From an uncultured Lachnospiraceae bacterium (GTDB lineage: Bacteria; Bacillota; Clostridia; Lachnospirales; Lachnospiraceae), in contig URRQ01000007.1 in NCBI GenBank assembly GCA_900550235.1, positions 1,072 through 65,071 on the forward strand: a stretch of 64,000 nt of DNA, given 5' to 3'. The translations under genes and the position numbers were made by a program. The notes beneath the pieces were generated by a model. That model was given only the letters and a program-made list of their open reading frames with translations. It had not been told where the DNA came from and ran no database searches. This document shows positions 1-9,370 of this stretch, piece after piece (the stretch's first letter is position 1; every line of letters begins with the position of its first letter).

Positions 1-128
<128 letters not shown>

Positions 129-145
129 TAGGAGGATAAACGAAC

Positions 146-739
146 ATGGCAGTAAATAGAGTTCCTGTTCTTAAAAGATGTCGTTCATTAGGAATGGACC
201 CAATCTATTTAGGAATTGATAAAAAATCTAACAGACAGTTAAAAAGAGCTAATAGAAAAATGAGCGAGTACGGTCTTCAGTTACGTGAAAAACAGAAAGC
301 AAAATTTATCTATGGCGTTTTAGAGAAACCATTTAGAAATTACTTTGCAAAAGCTTCCAGAATGGAAGGAATGACAGGTGATAACCTTATGATTCTTCTT
401 GAATCAAGATTAGACAACGTTATCTTCCGTATGGGATTTGCAAGAACAAGAAAAGAAGCTAGACAGATTGTTGACCACAAACACGTTTTAGTAAACGGAA
501 AACAGGTTAATATTCCTTCTTACTTAATCAAAGCTGGAGATACAATCGAAATCAAAGAGAAAAACAAAGGTTCTCAGAGATATAAAGATATCTTAGAGGT
601 AACAGGCGGAAGAATGGTACCAGATTGGTTAGAAGTTGACGCTGAAAACTTAAAAGGTGCTGTAAAAGAACTTCCACTTCGCGAAGCAATTGACGTTCCT
701 GTAGACGAAATGTTGATCGTCGAGTTATATTCTAAATAA
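146..739 (+). CDS. rpsD: 30S ribosomal protein S4
   Basis: [12 protein letters not shown] and [15 protein letters not shown] motifs, AGGAGG RBS, alpha-operon position. Confidence 0.98.
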   Translation: MAVNRVPVLKRCRSLGMDPIYLGIDKKSNRQLKRANRKMSEYGLQLREKQKAKFIYGVLEKPFRNYFAKASRMEGMTGDNLMILLESRLDNVIFRMGFARTRKEARQIVDHKHVLVNGKQVNIPSYLIKAGDTIEIKEKNKGSQRYKDILEVTGGRMVPDWLEVDAENLKGAVKELPLREAIDVPVDEMLIVELYSK

Positions 740-801
740 TCCATAGGGATTATTTAGAAACTCACCCTCAATATTTATTAACCCAAAGGAGGGACTTTGT
801 A

Positions 802-1761
802 GTGTTTGATTTTAATAAACCAAATATTGAAATTACTGAAATTTCAGAAGATAAGAAGTATGGAAGATTTGTTGTTGAACCGCTTGAAAGAGGATATGGA
901 ACAACACTTGGTAACTCTCTTAGAAGAATTATGCTTTCTTCCCTTCCGGGCACAGCAATTACGCATGTGAAAATTGACGGTGTTTTACACGAGTTCAGTT
1001 CAATCCCTGGAGTAAAAGAAGACGTTACTGAGATTATCATGAATCTTAAATCTTTGGCAATTAAGAATACTTCTGAGACAGATGAACCAAAGACTGCATA
1101 TATCGAGTTCGAAGGTGAAGGTGTGGTAACCGGTGCTGACATTCAGGTAGATCCGGATATCGAGATCATGAATCCTGAGACTGTTATCGCTACATTGAGC
1201 GGCGGAGCAGACAGCAAACTTTACATGGAACTTACAATCGCAAACGGACGCGGATATGTAAGTGCAGATAAGAATAAGAACGGAGAACTTCCAATCGGAG
1301 TAATTCCAATTGATTCTATCTACACACCTGTTGAGAGAGTAAACTTAACAGTAGAAAATACGCGTGTTGGTCAGATTACTGACTTTGACAAATTAACACT
1401 TGATGTATATACAAATGGAACTTTAGCTCCGGACGAATCAGTAAGTCTTGCAGCAAAAGTTTTGAATGAGCATTTGAAACTCTTCATCGATTTATCTGAA
1501 GTTGCTCAGGCAGCAGAAGTAATGATCGAAAAAGAAGATGATGAAAAAGAAAAAGTGTTAGAAATGAGTATTGATGAACTTGAACTTTCTGTTCGTTCAT
1601 ACAACTGCTTAAAGAGAGCAGGAATCAATACTGTAGAAGAATTAACTAACAGAACTTCAGAGGATATGATGAAAGTTCGTAACCTCGGACGTAAGTCTTT
1701 AGAAGAAGTGTTAGCTAAATTAAAAGAACTTGGTCTAGAATTAAGTCAAGGAGAAGAATAA
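802..1761 (+). CDS. rpoA: RNA polymerase alpha subunit
   Basis: [17 protein letters not shown] and [14 protein letters not shown] motifs. GTG start after AAGGAGGG. Confidence 0.98.
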   Translation: MFDFNKPNIEITEISEDKKYGRFVVEPLERGYGTTLGNSLRRIMLSSLPGTAITHVKIDGVLHEFSSIPGVKEDVTEIIMNLKSLAIKNTSETDEPKTAYIEFEGEGVVTGADIQVDPDIEIMNPETVIATLSGGADSKLYMELTIANGRGYVSADKNKNGELPIGVIPIDSIYTPVERVNLTVENTRVGQITDFDKLTLDVYTNGTLAPDESVSLAAKVLNEHLKLFIDLSEVAQAAEVMIEKEDDEKEKVLEMSIDELELSVRSYNCLKRAGINTVEELTNRTSEDMMKVRNLGRKSLEEVLAKLKELGLELSQGEE

Positions 1762-1950
1762 GATTCTTCGACTTGACGCTACTTCTTGAGCTACTAATGT
1801 TCAAGAAGGTTCCAAATCCAAGGAGAAGAATAAGCGCAGCCATTGGGATTTGCCCAAGCGCTATAGGAGTGAATTGTTATCGGTAAGCCCGATGTGTTCG
1901 ATAACAGCACATGGCTAGTAAGCCCGAAGAAGCATAACCACGTGTCAAAA
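1745..1950 (+). promoter_or_regulatory. Structured rpoA-rplQ intergenic RNA, candidate cis-regulatory leader
   Basis: Consecutive inverted repeats (1745-1777, 1782-1808, 1843-1857, 1875-1906, 1908-1944) plus two internal direct repeats. Confidence 0.45.
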
Positions 1951-1964
1951 TGGAGGATAAAATA

Positions 1965-2492
1965 ATGGCAAAATATAGAAAACTTGGCAGAACATCAAGC
2001 CAGAGAAAATCATTAATCAGAAGTCAGGTAACATCTTTACTTTACAATGGTAAGATCGTTACTACAGAAGCAAAAGCAAAAGAAATTCGCAAAGTTGCTG
2101 AAGGTCTTATCGCTTTAGCTGTAAAAGAAAAAGATAACTTTGAAGAAGTTAAAGTTATGGCAAAAGTTGCTCGTAAAGACAAAGACGGCAAGAGAGTAAA
2201 AGAAGTTGTAGATGGTAAAAAAGTTACTGTATACGATGAAGTAGAAAAAACAATCAAAAAAGATATGCCTTCAAGATTACATGCAAGAAGAGAAATGATG
2301 AAAGTTCTTTTCCCTGTAACAGAAGTAAAAGAAGGAAAAGCTAGAAGCACTAAAGAAGTTGATATGGTTGCAAAATTATTCGACGAAATCGCTCCTAAAT
2401 ATGCTAACCGTAACGGTGGTTACACAAGAATCGTAAAGATTGGTTTACGTAAAGGTGACGCTGCTATGGAAGTACTTCTTGAGTTAGTATAA
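1965..2492 (+). CDS. rplQ: 50S ribosomal protein L17 with internal insertion
   Basis: RKLGRTSSQRK, TTEAKAKE and RNGGYTRIVK motifs. Start moved to ATG 1965 behind GGAGG. Confidence 0.97.
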   Translation: MAKYRKLGRTSSQRKSLIRSQVTSLLYNGKIVTTEAKAKEIRKVAEGLIALAVKEKDNFEEVKVMAKVARKDKDGKRVKEVVDGKKVTVYDEVEKTIKKDMPSRLHARREMMKVLFPVTEVKEGKARSTKEVDMVAKLFDEIAPKYANRNGGYTRIVKIGLRKGDAAMEVLLELV

Positions 2493-2525
2493 TCATTTTA
2501 TAAAATATATTATAAAAGCAGACAG

Positions 2526-2564
2526 AAACGCATGAAAGAGTTAAACTCTTTTGTGCGTTTTTTT
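2526..2564 (+). terminator. Intrinsic terminator of the alpha operon
   Basis: AAACGCATGAAAGAGT / ACTCTTTTGTGCGTTT stem followed by a T run. Confidence 0.8.
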
Positions 2565-2733
2565 GTATGGGATTAGAGATAATGCCGGAATTCTATCCGA
2601 TGAAAACTACGCGAAAGGATGTGTATTCTTTTATATTTACAACTTAAAAAGCAATGTAATTTCAACTTTAAAGTGATAGTATAATATATAATGTGATAAT
2701 AAAAGTGAATGAGAAGGAAAGAGGACAAGTGGA

Positions 2734-4008
2734 ATGAATTTGAAAGGGATTTATGAGATTTTCTATCCGGGAAATAAAAGCCGAACGTCTTCCGTATGGA
2801 TTGAGAAGCCGAAATACCGTTCGCAAAAAGAATTCTTTGAAGAATTGGTTCCTATGGAAATACGATGGCTGAATAGCAAAATATGGAATGATAAAACGAG
2901 ACGAAGCAGGTTTTTCTCTGACAGTAAGAAAGAAGCAAGATATTTGGTGATTTTGAAAGAGTATCTGTTAGAGCATCCGTGGACAATTGCCAGAATGGAA
3001 AAAAGATCCAATGATTTGTTGGGAGCTAAGTTATCCGAGACGAGCATGAATGATATTTTTTCTCGAAATGTGGAAAGTGAGAACATAGAACTTTCGGGAA
3101 ATCTAATGGCTTATTTAATAAATGAAGAGACAGGAAAGCTAAAAACCGATTGGGGAAACGTGCTTACATTTTTCTTTTATTATGCAATATTTCCAACAGA
3201 AGTGAATCAGATATATGGGAAATATTTATATCAAAAGAAAAATCAATTATCGATAGCAGCGGTTGAGAATGGAGAAAATAAAAAGAAAAAAGATGATTCC
3301 CTATTTCAATACGAATATCCGCCGGATATGGGAGTATATTATCCGGAAGAAATGATAGAACATACATGGATTATCAAGAATGTAGGAAAAATTGCGTGGG
3401 AAGACAGATATTACGAATGTATCACACCGCTCTTTGAATTGGGGGAAGTGAATCGGAAAATCAATATAACGGACATTGTATATCCGGGAGATATGATTTC
3501 CCCGTCGGTACGTTTTAAAGCGCCGAAAGAACCGGGTGTCTATATTCTGAATTGGAAGATGAAAGACAAATACGGTAATCTTGTGTATTTGGACAAGCTA
3601 GGACTTGGTCTGCATTTTACGGTTCTAGAGGATATAGTACAAAATGATGAGGAAGATATAGGGAAGAACAATTATAAGGTTTTGGAAGAAATTCCGCCGA
3701 TTCCTGCGACTGTTGTTGCAGGAAAGCTATATTCTCATGTCTGGTATATCCAAAATACAGGCGAGGAGATATGGAAAGATTATTATCTGGAATGCATCAA
3801 TGTGGAAAGCTTTCACTATGCCAAAAGCGAGTTGCGTATGATGTTAAAGGAACGTATTATGCCGGGAGAAAAAATAACGGTGAAAGTTGAATTTGTAACG
3901 CCGCCGGTGGAGGGCGTCTATCGGTTGATATGGAGATTCATGAAAAAAGACGGGATTCCGGCGTTTCCAAAAGGAAGACAACTAGAAGTCTTATTAAACT
4001 TGATATAA
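2734..4008 (+). CDS. Protein with unknown N-terminal domain and two tandem NBR1-type Ig-like (FW) domains
   Basis: Two copies of the pattern W-x-I-x-N-x-G-x3-W ... PG ... V-x-F-x2-P ... G-V-Y-x3-W. No signal peptide or clear transmembrane segment. Confidence 0.75.
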   Translation: MNLKGIYEIFYPGNKSRTSSVWIEKPKYRSQKEFFEELVPMEIRWLNSKIWNDKTRRSRFFSDSKKEARYLVILKEYLLEHPWTIARMEKRSNDLLGAKLSETSMNDIFSRNVESENIELSGNLMAYLINEETGKLKTDWGNVLTFFFYYAIFPTEVNQIYGKYLYQKKNQLSIAAVENGENKKKKDDSLFQYEYPPDMGVYYPEEMIEHTWIIKNVGKIAWEDRYYECITPLFELGEVNRKINITDIVYPGDMISPSVRFKAPKEPGVYILNWKMKDKYGNLVYLDKLGLGLHFTVLEDIVQNDEEDIGKNNYKVLEEIPPIPATVVAGKLYSHVWYIQNTGEEIWKDYYLECINVESFHYAKSELRMMLKERIMPGEKITVKVEFVTPPVEGVYRLIWRFMKKDGIPAFPKGRQLEVLLNLI

Positions 4009-4066
4009 CAGACTTTCAAAGTTTGCTATATAGATTTCTGTATAAAATGAAAGGGAGGAGAGTAAC

Positions 4067-6051
4067 ATGTACAGGAAATTTTTAGGAAGATCAAAGCGCA
4101 TTGCTGCGATCGTACTTGCAGGCGCAATGGTTTTCAGCAGTATGACTGCGTATGCAAAAGAGCAAGAGCAGGAATCTTCCTTCGTACAGGCTATCCATCT
4201 TCATTTATGATGAGCTACGATGAAGGATATGTAGCCGGTAGTGCAAAACTAGATCCGACGGATGCAGGAAGTATAGAAATGGTATCCGGAAGTGGAAAAA
4301 TATATGAAGTAGACCTCCATAAACCGGCAACATTAAAGGTTACGTCCTCAACAGAAGCTGCTTTAGAGGGAGAATACGGTCTGAAATTCGTTACAGACGG
4401 AAACTCAGAAAATGCCGGTACATTAAGCGGTATGAAAATGCTTGTAAAGACATATGAAGATGAGAATACATTTGCTTGGTTAAAGGAAAGACATGATGCT
4501 TATGGAGAGATATTGGCATATGAGACAACAGTAAAGGTTAAGGATACGATACTAGAGGATTCTCCAGATTTTAAAGTGAGTATCGAAGGAGATGCACCTA
4601 AAATTTATATTCCGATTCCGGAAGACTGGGATAAAGAAAAAATAGGGGTATTCTATGAGTACGAACATACTACTGATGCAAAGACAGCAGAAGTCAGCGA
4701 AGACGGTAAATATGTGATTTTTTCTCCACAAGGATTCGTCGAAGATTTTAACAAGGTTACTTCAAAGGTGGGAATTTTCGAAAAGATTGATCCGACCGTA
4801 GCAAAAGACTGGGAAACAGTAGCCTATAACTACATCGAAACGATGCGATATGTAAATTGGAAGGAGTATGGTAATGTAACCTTCGATCAACGCTTTTTTG
4901 AGGGAACGCCAAAAGCAAATGACGTAGCTTATATGACATATACTATGGAGCGGGAGAAATATGTAGAAAACTACCGAGTTAGTGAAACTTATAATTTGGA
5001 GATTCCATATGATGTTCTCGTGAAAGACGCAGCAAAATACTATAAGAACATTCCAAATTTGAAAAAAACAAATATGTCGGTGTACTTCTACTATGATGCA
5101 GAGAAGAACGCATTCATCATCCCGGAAGGCGGTATGGGGGATGCACCCCCGGTTGCTAAAGTAAAAAAAGTGGACGAGCTTGGAAATAAGACGTACGCAA
5201 TCCGCTTTGAATTCAAAGATAATATTATGGATACTTCATATGAATCTAAAGCTACACTTGTTGTAGAAGATAACGGACAGGGTGATTGGAGATATATTTC
5301 CTTCTTAAAAGGATATCCGGAGATAGTGCCGATCGAACCGGAAAAACCAGAAAAACCGACTGAACCAACACCGGATAAGTCTTCTACCAACAATCCAATC
5401 GTGAATCCGGATACAGGAAAAGAATTATCACAGACAGTTGTGGACAAAGTAGTAGAAAAAGTGGAGAATGCGAAAAAAGGTTCTGAAGTTGTTGTGAAAA
5501 TGCAGGGATCAACCACGGTTCCTTCTGAAGTTCTAAAATCTGTCAAAGGAAAAGACGTGGATGTTGTGCTTGATATGGGAACATATAGCTGGACGATCAA
5601 CGGAAAAGATGTAACAGCAAATAACCTGAAAGATATCAATCTGAAGGTGACAATGAACAGTAACGCTATCCCACAGAGTGCTGTAGAGAAAACTGCTAGT
5701 GGAGATCAGGTGATTCAGATTTCACTTGCACACGATGGAGCATTTGGATTCCAGGCAGATCTGAAGTTGAATGTAGGAGCAAAATATAAAGGATTCTATG
5801 CAAAATTGTATTACTACAATAAAGAAGGCAAGTTAGAATATGTACAATCCGATAAGGTAGAAGCCGACGGAACTGTAATCTTTACCTTCAAACATGCTTC
5901 TGATTATGCGATCATTCTTAGTAAAAAAGATGATGCAGCCAATACATCACCGAAGACAGGAGATACCTCTCCGCTCGCAATCTATGTATTCATGATGTTT
6001 ATAGCAGGCGGATTGGCTGTATTTGTTGGACGCAGAAGATTTTGTAAATAA
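4067..6051 (+). pseudogene. Sortase-anchored surface protein split by a frameshift (signal-peptide ORF 4067-4210, body 4207-6051)
   Basis: GGGAGGAG RBS then MYRKFLGRSKRIAAIVLAGAMVFSSMTAYA, ending at TGA 4208-4210. The body is in the -1 frame and ends with SPKTG, a hydrophobic helix and RRR. Confidence 0.7.
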
Positions 6052-6089
6052 GAGTAAAAATATATAATTTTTATAATTCGTCTATAAAA

Positions 6090-6135
6090 ATACCGCATGG
6101 AAAGTACGATGATGTTCATCGGTTCCATGCGGTAT
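6090..6135. terminator. Probable bidirectional terminator
   Basis: ATACCGCATGGAA / TTCCATGCGGTAT inverted repeat between convergent genes. Confidence 0.7.
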
Positions 6136-6244
6136 ATTTATTTCACAAAATACTTAATTTCTTTCTGTGCATTTAGGTACAGACAACCCCGAAATAATCA
6201 AAAGGATATTCAATCGGAATTATGACAGGGGAATCCATTCTGTA

Positions 6245-7393
6245 TTAGAAAAATACATTACCACCGATTACGGTTCCGGAGTGTCCGGTCCATGATGCAC
6301 GGAATTGATAACAATTCTTTACTGCAGCAAGTCGTTTTCCGTTTAATGCATCTTTTGCAACGGTATAACATAGTGGCTTCGCTCCCCGTTGTAATACTTT
6401 ATCAAGCTTTCCGGTCCAGGTAGGGGAGAATTGACCGCGTTGATAGATGACTCCGGTAATTGTATTTGGATATTTAGGACTTTCCTTTCGGTTCATAATA
6501 ACAGTTGCAACAGCAAGAAGACCATCGTAATTGGTTGAACCTGCCTCACACTCTAAAATTGCTGCAAACAAAGCTAATTCGGTGTTACTGGAAGGCTTTT
6601 GTGGTTTTGAAGGTTTCTCATCAGGTTTCGAAGGTTTATTGGGTTTCGAAGGCTTATTAGGCTTCGAAGGCTTTTCTTCCGGTTTGTCTGAAGGTTTCTC
6701 TGTACTTTCATTCGAATCTGAAGAACCATTTTCATCCATTGAATTTTCGTTTTCTTTTTTTGCCTCTTCGGCAGCTTTTTTTGCCTCTTCAGCAGCCGCA
6801 ATCTGTGCTTTGTAATCTTCAATCTTGGTGGAAGTAGAAGTAATCATGGAAATCAGTTGATTGTAGTTTGCAGTCAACTGTTTTTGCTGTTTTTCCATTT
6901 CGCTTTGTTTAGCAAGAAGATCCGCTTCTTTTTGTTTGATTTCTTTGTGAATCGTTTGAAGTTTTTCTAACATTTCACGGTCATATTGGCTGACGGTGGA
7001 GAAGAATTCTGCACGATTCAAAAGGTCAGTCATAGATTTTGATTCTAGAAGAGAGGTGAAGAAATTTCCGGAACTCGCTTCATACATATATTGAATCCGC
7101 TTTTTCATCATCTCGTATTGTCCAATTTCCCTTGCCTTGGCAAGGTCAAGTTCATTTCGTGTTTTATCTATTTCTTTTACTAAATTGGTAAGTGCTTTTG
7201 CTTTGGAAGAAAGCTCATTACCCAGTTTGGCTTTATTCTGATTCATCTCAGATAAATCATTTTCCAAATCTTTTTGCTTTTTTCTTAAATCTTCTGCATG
7301 AGTTTCGAATGTAAATTGCGTAGAAAAGCAGAGGGTAAGAGCCAAAATAAAGGATAAAACCCTAATTCTCTTTCGCTTTGGTATCGTATTCAT
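6245..7393 (-). CDS. Secreted cell-wall hydrolase (coiled coil plus SleB/Hydrolase_2-like domain)
   Basis: Signal peptide, PcsB/CwlO-like coiled coil, KPS linker, and C-terminal CEAG...AVATVIMNR...YPNTITGVIYQRGQF. Confidence 0.85.
   Translation of the reverse strand: MNTIPKRKRIRVLSFILALTLCFSTQFTFETHAEDLRKKQKDLENDLSEMNQNKAKLGNELSSKAKALTNLVKEIDKTRNELDLAKAREIGQYEMMKKRIQYMYEASSGNFFTSLLESKSMTDLLNRAEFFSTVSQYDREMLEKLQTIHKEIKQKEADLLAKQSEMEKQQKQLTANYNQLISMITSTSTKIEDYKAQIAAAEEAKKAAEEAKKENENSMDENGSSDSNESTEKPSDKPEEKPSKPNKPSKPNKPSKPDEKPSKPQKPSSNTELALFAAILECEAGSTNYDGLLAVATVIMNRKESPKYPNTITGVIYQRGQFSPTWTGKLDKVLQRGAKPLCYTVAKDALNGKRLAAVKNCYQFRASWTGHSGTVIGGNVFF
6591..6700 (-). repeat. Degenerate 18-21 bp coding repeats (KPSKPN linker)
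   Basis: Repeated GGTTTCGAAGGYTTATT-like units encode a Pro/Lys-rich linker. Confidence 0.7.
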
Positions 7394-7520
7394 GGCATTT
7401 CCTTTCTTTATTTAAAAAGTTTAGTCTATATATTATACAACAAATTGAAATTTTTTGCAAATTTTGATATGATAGGTAGGAATGAGGTAGTTTTAAGAAC
7501 AAAGGAGCATAATAGGAAGA

Positions 7521-8354
7521 ATGAAGAAAAGGAAGATAAAAATGATCGGACTTGATTGTGACGGCACTTTATTGAATGATCAAAAGGAGCTTACGCCATA
7601 TAGTAGAGAGGTACTTCTAAAGGCGATAGAGCAGGGAATCGTTGTACTTGCAGCTACAGGACGTCCGGTGACCGGAATTCCGAAAGAAGTACGTGAGCTT
7701 CCAGGAATCCGATACGCGCTTACAGCGAATGGTGCAAGAATCGTAGATTTGAAGGAAAATAAAGTGATTTATGAGTCGACCATGCCGCTTGAGACAGCAA
7801 TACGCATATTAGATGTATTTGCTCAATATGATACATATAAAGAAGCGTTTATTGGAGAAACAGGATATACAAATGCTCGAGATCTTGCCCATGCGGAAGA
7901 ATATGGATTGATTACCAGTATGATAAAGTATTTAAGAGAATCGCGAGTGCCGGTGCCGAATGTACGGGAAAAGCTGCAACAGGTGAACCAACAGGTTGAT
8001 AAAGTACAGGCATTGTTTAAAAACAGAGAAGAAAAAGAGCAGGCTTTTCTTGAAATTAAACAGATTCCGGGAACAGAGCCGACTGGCGCTTTGGAGAATA
8101 ATATTGAAGTCAATGCATCGGGCGTGAATAAGGGATTGGGACTTCTAAAGCTTGGTGAGCTGCTTGGGATTGAAAGAGATGAAATCATGGCATGCGGTGA
8201 TGGAATGAATGATCTTGAGATGCTGAAAGAGGTTGGTTTTGGTGTTGCTATGGAGAATGCGGTACAGCCGGTAAAAGATGCAGCAGATTATATTACGGAT
8301 TCTAATGAGAATGACGGTGTGGCAAAGGCAATTGAAAAGTTTGCTTTAATTTAA
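7521..8354 (+). CDS. Cof-type HAD-IIB hydrolase
   Basis: DCDGTL, ATGR and GDGMND motifs. Confidence 0.92.
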   Translation: MKKRKIKMIGLDCDGTLLNDQKELTPYSREVLLKAIEQGIVVLAATGRPVTGIPKEVRELPGIRYALTANGARIVDLKENKVIYESTMPLETAIRILDVFAQYDTYKEAFIGETGYTNARDLAHAEEYGLITSMIKYLRESRVPVPNVREKLQQVNQQVDKVQALFKNREEKEQAFLEIKQIPGTEPTGALENNIEVNASGVNKGLGLLKLGELLGIERDEIMACGDGMNDLEMLKEVGFGVAMENAVQPVKDAADYITDSNENDGVAKAIEKFALI

Positions 8355-8380
8355 AATATGGAAAGAAAGAGGAATATAGT

Positions 8381-9217
8381 ATGGAAGCTTTTGTAGAAAT
8401 ATTAAAAACACTTCTGCTTGGAATTGTAGAAGGTATAACAGAATGGCTGCCAATCAGTAGTACAGGACATTTGATTCTTGTAAATCAGATTGTCCAACTG
8501 AATGTAAGCGAGCAGTTTATGGATATGTTTAATGTTGTGATTCAGCTTGGTGCAATTTTGGCGGTTGTTGTTCTTTATTTTAATAAGTTGAATCCATTTG
8601 CACCGTCAAAGACAGAAAAACAGAAAGTGCATACATGGCAACTTTGGTTTCGTGTTGTCGTTGCATGCTTACCGGCAGCCATTATCGGGATTCCACTGGA
8701 TGATTGGATGGAAGAACATTTACACAATTCCATTGTAGTTGCTGCGATGTTGATTATTTACGGTATTTTGTTTATCGTTGTGGAAAATATGAATAAAACA
8801 AGAAGACCAACGATTACTTCATTTTCTCAGATGTCATATAAACATGCATTGATCGTTGGTGGCTGGCAGGTTCTTTCTTTGATTCCGGGAACTTCCCGTT
8901 CCGGTGCAACGATTGTCGGCGCTCTTTTGATGGGAACGTCCCGACATATTGCGGCAGAATTTACATTCTTCTTAGCGATTCCTGTTATGTTTGGGGCAAG
9001 CGCTCTTAAGATTGTAAAATTTATGATAGAAGGGGTTGGTATTACTGGACTGGAAGTGGCGATCCTGATCGTTGGATGTTTGACAGCATTTATTGTGTCA
9101 ATTCTTGCGATTAAATTCTTGATGGGATACATTAAGAAAAATGACTTTAAAGTATTTGGTGTGTACAGAATCATACTTGGAATTGTTGTCTTGATCTCAT
9201 TTTTTATGATGAAATAG
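8381..9217 (+). CDS. uppP: Undecaprenyl-diphosphate phosphatase
   Basis: [14 protein letters not shown] and PGTSRSGAT motifs. Confidence 0.96.
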   Translation: MEAFVEILKTLLLGIVEGITEWLPISSTGHLILVNQIVQLNVSEQFMDMFNVVIQLGAILAVVVLYFNKLNPFAPSKTEKQKVHTWQLWFRVVVACLPAAIIGIPLDDWMEEHLHNSIVVAAMLIIYGILFIVVENMNKTRRPTITSFSQMSYKHALIVGGWQVLSLIPGTSRSGATIVGALLMGTSRHIAAEFTFFLAIPVMFGASALKIVKFMIEGVGITGLEVAILIVGCLTAFIVSILAIKFLMGYIKKNDFKVFGVYRIILGIVVLISFFMMK

Positions 9218-9271
9218 TCAAAATATGCAAAAAGAGTGGTTATTTATGCAATGAAATGTGTAAATAACCAC

Positions 9272-9299
9272 TTGATTTTTTATGGTAAAGTGGTATAAT
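9272..9299 (+). promoter_or_regulatory. Sigma-A promoter of the amino-acid ABC operon
   Basis: TTGATT-N16-TATAAT with an extended TG. Confidence 0.65.
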
Positions 9300-9312
9300 A
9301 GCCACTATGAGA

Positions 9313-9347
9313 TAGATAATTATTCATTTGACGTGAATTTTTATGCA
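9313..9347 (+). promoter_or_regulatory. Tandem ARG boxes (ArgR operator)
   Basis: TAGATAATTATTCA (9313-9326) and TGAATTTTTATGCA (9334-9347), 21 bp apart, just downstream of the -10. Confidence 0.7.
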
Positions 9348-9370
9348 ATAGAAAACAGGAGGATGAGATT

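Noticed and set aside
2493..6244. Treating the accessory pair as a mobile element
   Set aside because: I found no integrase, transposase, terminal inverted repeats or flanking direct repeats.
6176..6245. Long imperfect hairpin (TACAGA...TCTGTA, CCCC/GGGG) after the hydrolase gene as a possible ncRNA
   Set aside because: Pairing is patchy, and I see no promoter or recognisable family motif. Most likely 3' UTR structure.
6591..6700. Periodic repeats that could suggest a CRISPR array
   Set aside because: They are in-frame coding repeats with no unique spacers, and there are no cas genes.
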